64,000 nucleotides of DNA from the NCBI GenBank assembly GCA_963787015.1, contig CAWBBM010000033.1:44338-108337 (forward strand), read 5' to 3'. Positions 62,306-64,000 of the stretch are shown here, one piece after another. Position numbers and translations under genes: made by a program. Numbering within the stretch: position 1 is the stretch's first letter; each line of letters begins with the position of its first letter. Origin of the DNA: an uncultured Bacillaceae bacterium (GTDB lineage: Bacteria > Bacillota > Bacilli > Bacillales > Bacillaceae_B). The notes under the pieces were generated by a model, which saw only the letters and a program-made list of their open reading frames with translations, did not search any database and was not told the origin of the DNA.

Positions 62306-62953
62306 ATGAACGAACAAGTTATTCATTATATAGAAACAATCGTGAAAGAACGACCTGCACTAATTTCTGAGATGGAGCAATATGCACAGGTTCATCATGT
62401 TCCCATCATGGAACTGGTCGGTATGGAGGCGCTCTTAGGGATGCTGAGGATCCAACAGCCGAAACGGATTCTGGAAATCGGGACGGCTATCGGGTATTCG
62501 GCTCTGCGAATGGCAGGAGCTGTACCTGAAGCGACCATCGTTACCTTGGAGCGTGATGAAGAAAGATTCGATGCAGCCAAAGGGTTTCTCTCTCGTTCTG
62601 AAGACGGGAAGCGGATCATCTCGGTATTTGGGGATGCTCTTGACATGGCTGAAGAAGTGGCTGAACACGGTCCCTTTGACGCAATCTTTATCGATGCTGC
62701 CAAAGGCCAATACCTGAAATTCTTTGAACTATACTCCAAATTGCTCTCAGATGATGGTGTAGTCTATTCGGATAATGTCCTATTTAAAGGGCTTGTGGCC
62801 AAGGAAGAGGTTGAACAGAAGAGAATTCGGAATATGGTTAAGAAGCTGCAGAATTATAATATGTGGCTGATGAATCATGAGGAATTCGACACGAGTATCT
62901 TACCCGTTGGCGACGGAATAGCCATTAGTAAAAGGAGAGGTGAGCAATCATGA
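62306..62953 (+). CDS. trmR: SAM-dependent O-methyltransferase (YrrM; tRNA 5-hydroxyuridine methyltransferase TrmR)
   Basis: Class I MTase motif ILEIGTAIGYS and DAIFIDAAK. Located upstream of the two U32 genes, as in the B. subtilis yrrMNO operon. Confidence 0.85.
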   Translation: MNEQVIHYIETIVKERPALISEMEQYAQVHHVPIMELVGMEALLGMLRIQQPKRILEIGTAIGYSALRMAGAVPEATIVTLERDEERFDAAKGFLSRSEDGKRIISVFGDALDMAEEVAEHGPFDAIFIDAAKGQYLKFFELYSKLLSDDGVVYSDNVLFKGLVAKEEVEQKRIRNMVKKLQNYNMWLMNHEEFDTSILPVGDGIAISKRRGEQS

Positions 62954-63879
62954 AAAAGCCGGAATTACTCGTAACCCCTGTCTCAGTGTCTGATATTGAA
63001 GCGTTGGCTTCAGCGGGAGCAGATGCATTCATGATTGGTGAACAGCGGTATGGACTAAGGCTTGCCGGAGAGTTCTCAAAAGATGATGTAACGGTTGCGA
63101 TAGACTTGGCTCATAAACATAACAAGAAAGTATATGTTGCCATGAACGCCCTTTTCCATAATGATAAGATTGCAGAGCTTGATGATTATATTGCATTCCT
63201 TTCTCAAGTTGGTGCAGATGGGGTCGTTTTCGGAGACCCTGCTGTATTAATGTCTGCTCGGGAAGTGGCACCTGAGATGAAGTTGCACTGGAATACAGAA
63301 ACGACTGCCACCAATTGGTACACGTGTAATTATTGGGGCAGAAAAGGTGCCAAGCGTGCCGTGTTGGCCAGAGAATTAAGCATGGACACGATTGTGGAAA
63401 TGAAAGAAAATGCTGAGGTTGAAATCGAGGTGCAGGTCCACGGTATGACCTGCATGTTCCAGTCAAAGCGCTCTTTGCTTGGAAACTATTTTGAATATAG
63501 AGGCAAAGCGCTGGAGATTGAAAACCGTAAAGAACAGAAAAATATGTTCCTCCATGATGAGGAACGTCATAATAAATATCCTATATATGAAGATGAGAAT
63601 GGGACCCATATTATGAGTCCGAATGATATGTGCATTGTGGACGAGCTAGGTGAAATGATCGAGGCCGGTATCGACTCTTTCAAAATCGATGGAGTGATGA
63701 AGTCGTCACACTATATCCTTGAAACAACGAAGCTATATCGTAAAGCCATTGATCTCTTTATAGAAGATGAAGATCAATATGAAGAGCAGAAAGACGACTT
63801 TTTAGAGGAAGCGAAAAGTTTGCAACCGGAAAACCGCCCTTTGGATACAGGATTCTTCTTTAAAGAAACCGTGTATTAA
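62950..63879 (+). CDS. yrrN: Peptidase U32 family protein (YrrN; TrhP-type tRNA ho5U synthesis factor)
   Basis: U32 fold. ..VYVAMNALFHN.. and E..VHG..CMFQSKRSLL. 4-nt overlap with trmR. Confidence 0.85.
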   Translation: MKKPELLVTPVSVSDIEALASAGADAFMIGEQRYGLRLAGEFSKDDVTVAIDLAHKHNKKVYVAMNALFHNDKIAELDDYIAFLSQVGADGVVFGDPAVLMSAREVAPEMKLHWNTETTATNWYTCNYWGRKGAKRAVLARELSMDTIVEMKENAEVEIEVQVHGMTCMFQSKRSLLGNYFEYRGKALEIENRKEQKNMFLHDEERHNKYPIYEDENGTHIMSPNDMCIVDELGEMIEAGIDSFKIDGVMKSSHYILETTKLYRKAIDLFIEDEDQYEEQKDDFLEEAKSLQPENRPLDTGFFFKETVY

Positions 63880-63916
63880 GAGCATAATGAAGATAGATTA
63901 GAACGGAGGAGTTACG

Positions 63917-64000
63917 ATGACCACGGTTGTGAAAAAACCTATCTCTAAATTGGTAGACGGAAAGCGTGTCATTGTGAAGAAACCCGAGTTACTGGCGCCT
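63917..64000 (+). CDS. yrrO: Peptidase U32 family protein (YrrO), N-terminal fragment; continues beyond the window
   Basis: ATG 63917 follows GGAGGAG. MTTVVKKPISKLVDGKRVIVKKPELLAP.. is the typical U32 N-terminus (KPELLAP). Confidence 0.7.
   Translation, partial: MTTVVKKPISKLVDGKRVIVKKPELLAP

Overview
This window is a core-chromosome segment of an endospore-forming Bacillaceae genome, about 42% GC by eye. Gene order and protein sequences follow the Bacillus subtilis 168 region that runs rplU-ysxB-rpmA, spo0B-obg-pheBA, nifS/niaR/nadBCA, safA, bofC, ruvAB-queA-tgt-yajC, spoVB, secDF, recJ-apt-relA-dtd, hisS-aspS, 6S RNA, tcdA(yrvM), rarA, cymR-iscS-mnmA, recD2, alaS, ireB-ruvX-yrzB-mltG and yrrMNO.

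I support about 57 protein genes. About 20 starts were re-placed from the ORF track using Shine-Dalgarno spacing and N-terminal homology. Two small ORFs fall below the track cutoff. RNA and regulatory features are two T-box leaders, a 6S RNA, an L21 leader, a NiaR operator, a YtrA-type operator and many rho-independent terminators.

Relative to B. subtilis (gene order recalled from memory, not searched), four items look relocated or extra:
- a CotS-like kinase-fold gene abutting safA
- an ArsB/NhaD permease
- a CDF transporter
- a yhcEFGHI-like GntR/ABC block plus tgl, inserted between tcdA and rarA

I found no defence system, prophage, transposase, CRISPR or other new protein-coding system. 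The least explained content is non-coding:
1. Three dispersed arrays of 5-6 short words phased at 20-21 bp: ATTATCGAC, TGGCCCGATAA and GACGCAATAA.
2. A roughly 88-nt module that follows terminators, either with or without such an array.
3. Two inverted copies of a roughly 130-nt hairpin element of MITE/REP type. Their stems differ by compensatory substitutions.

These repeats lie at terminator-proximal spacers and at the borders of the relocated block. All homology statements come from reading the sequence and from memory of the protein families. No database search was run.
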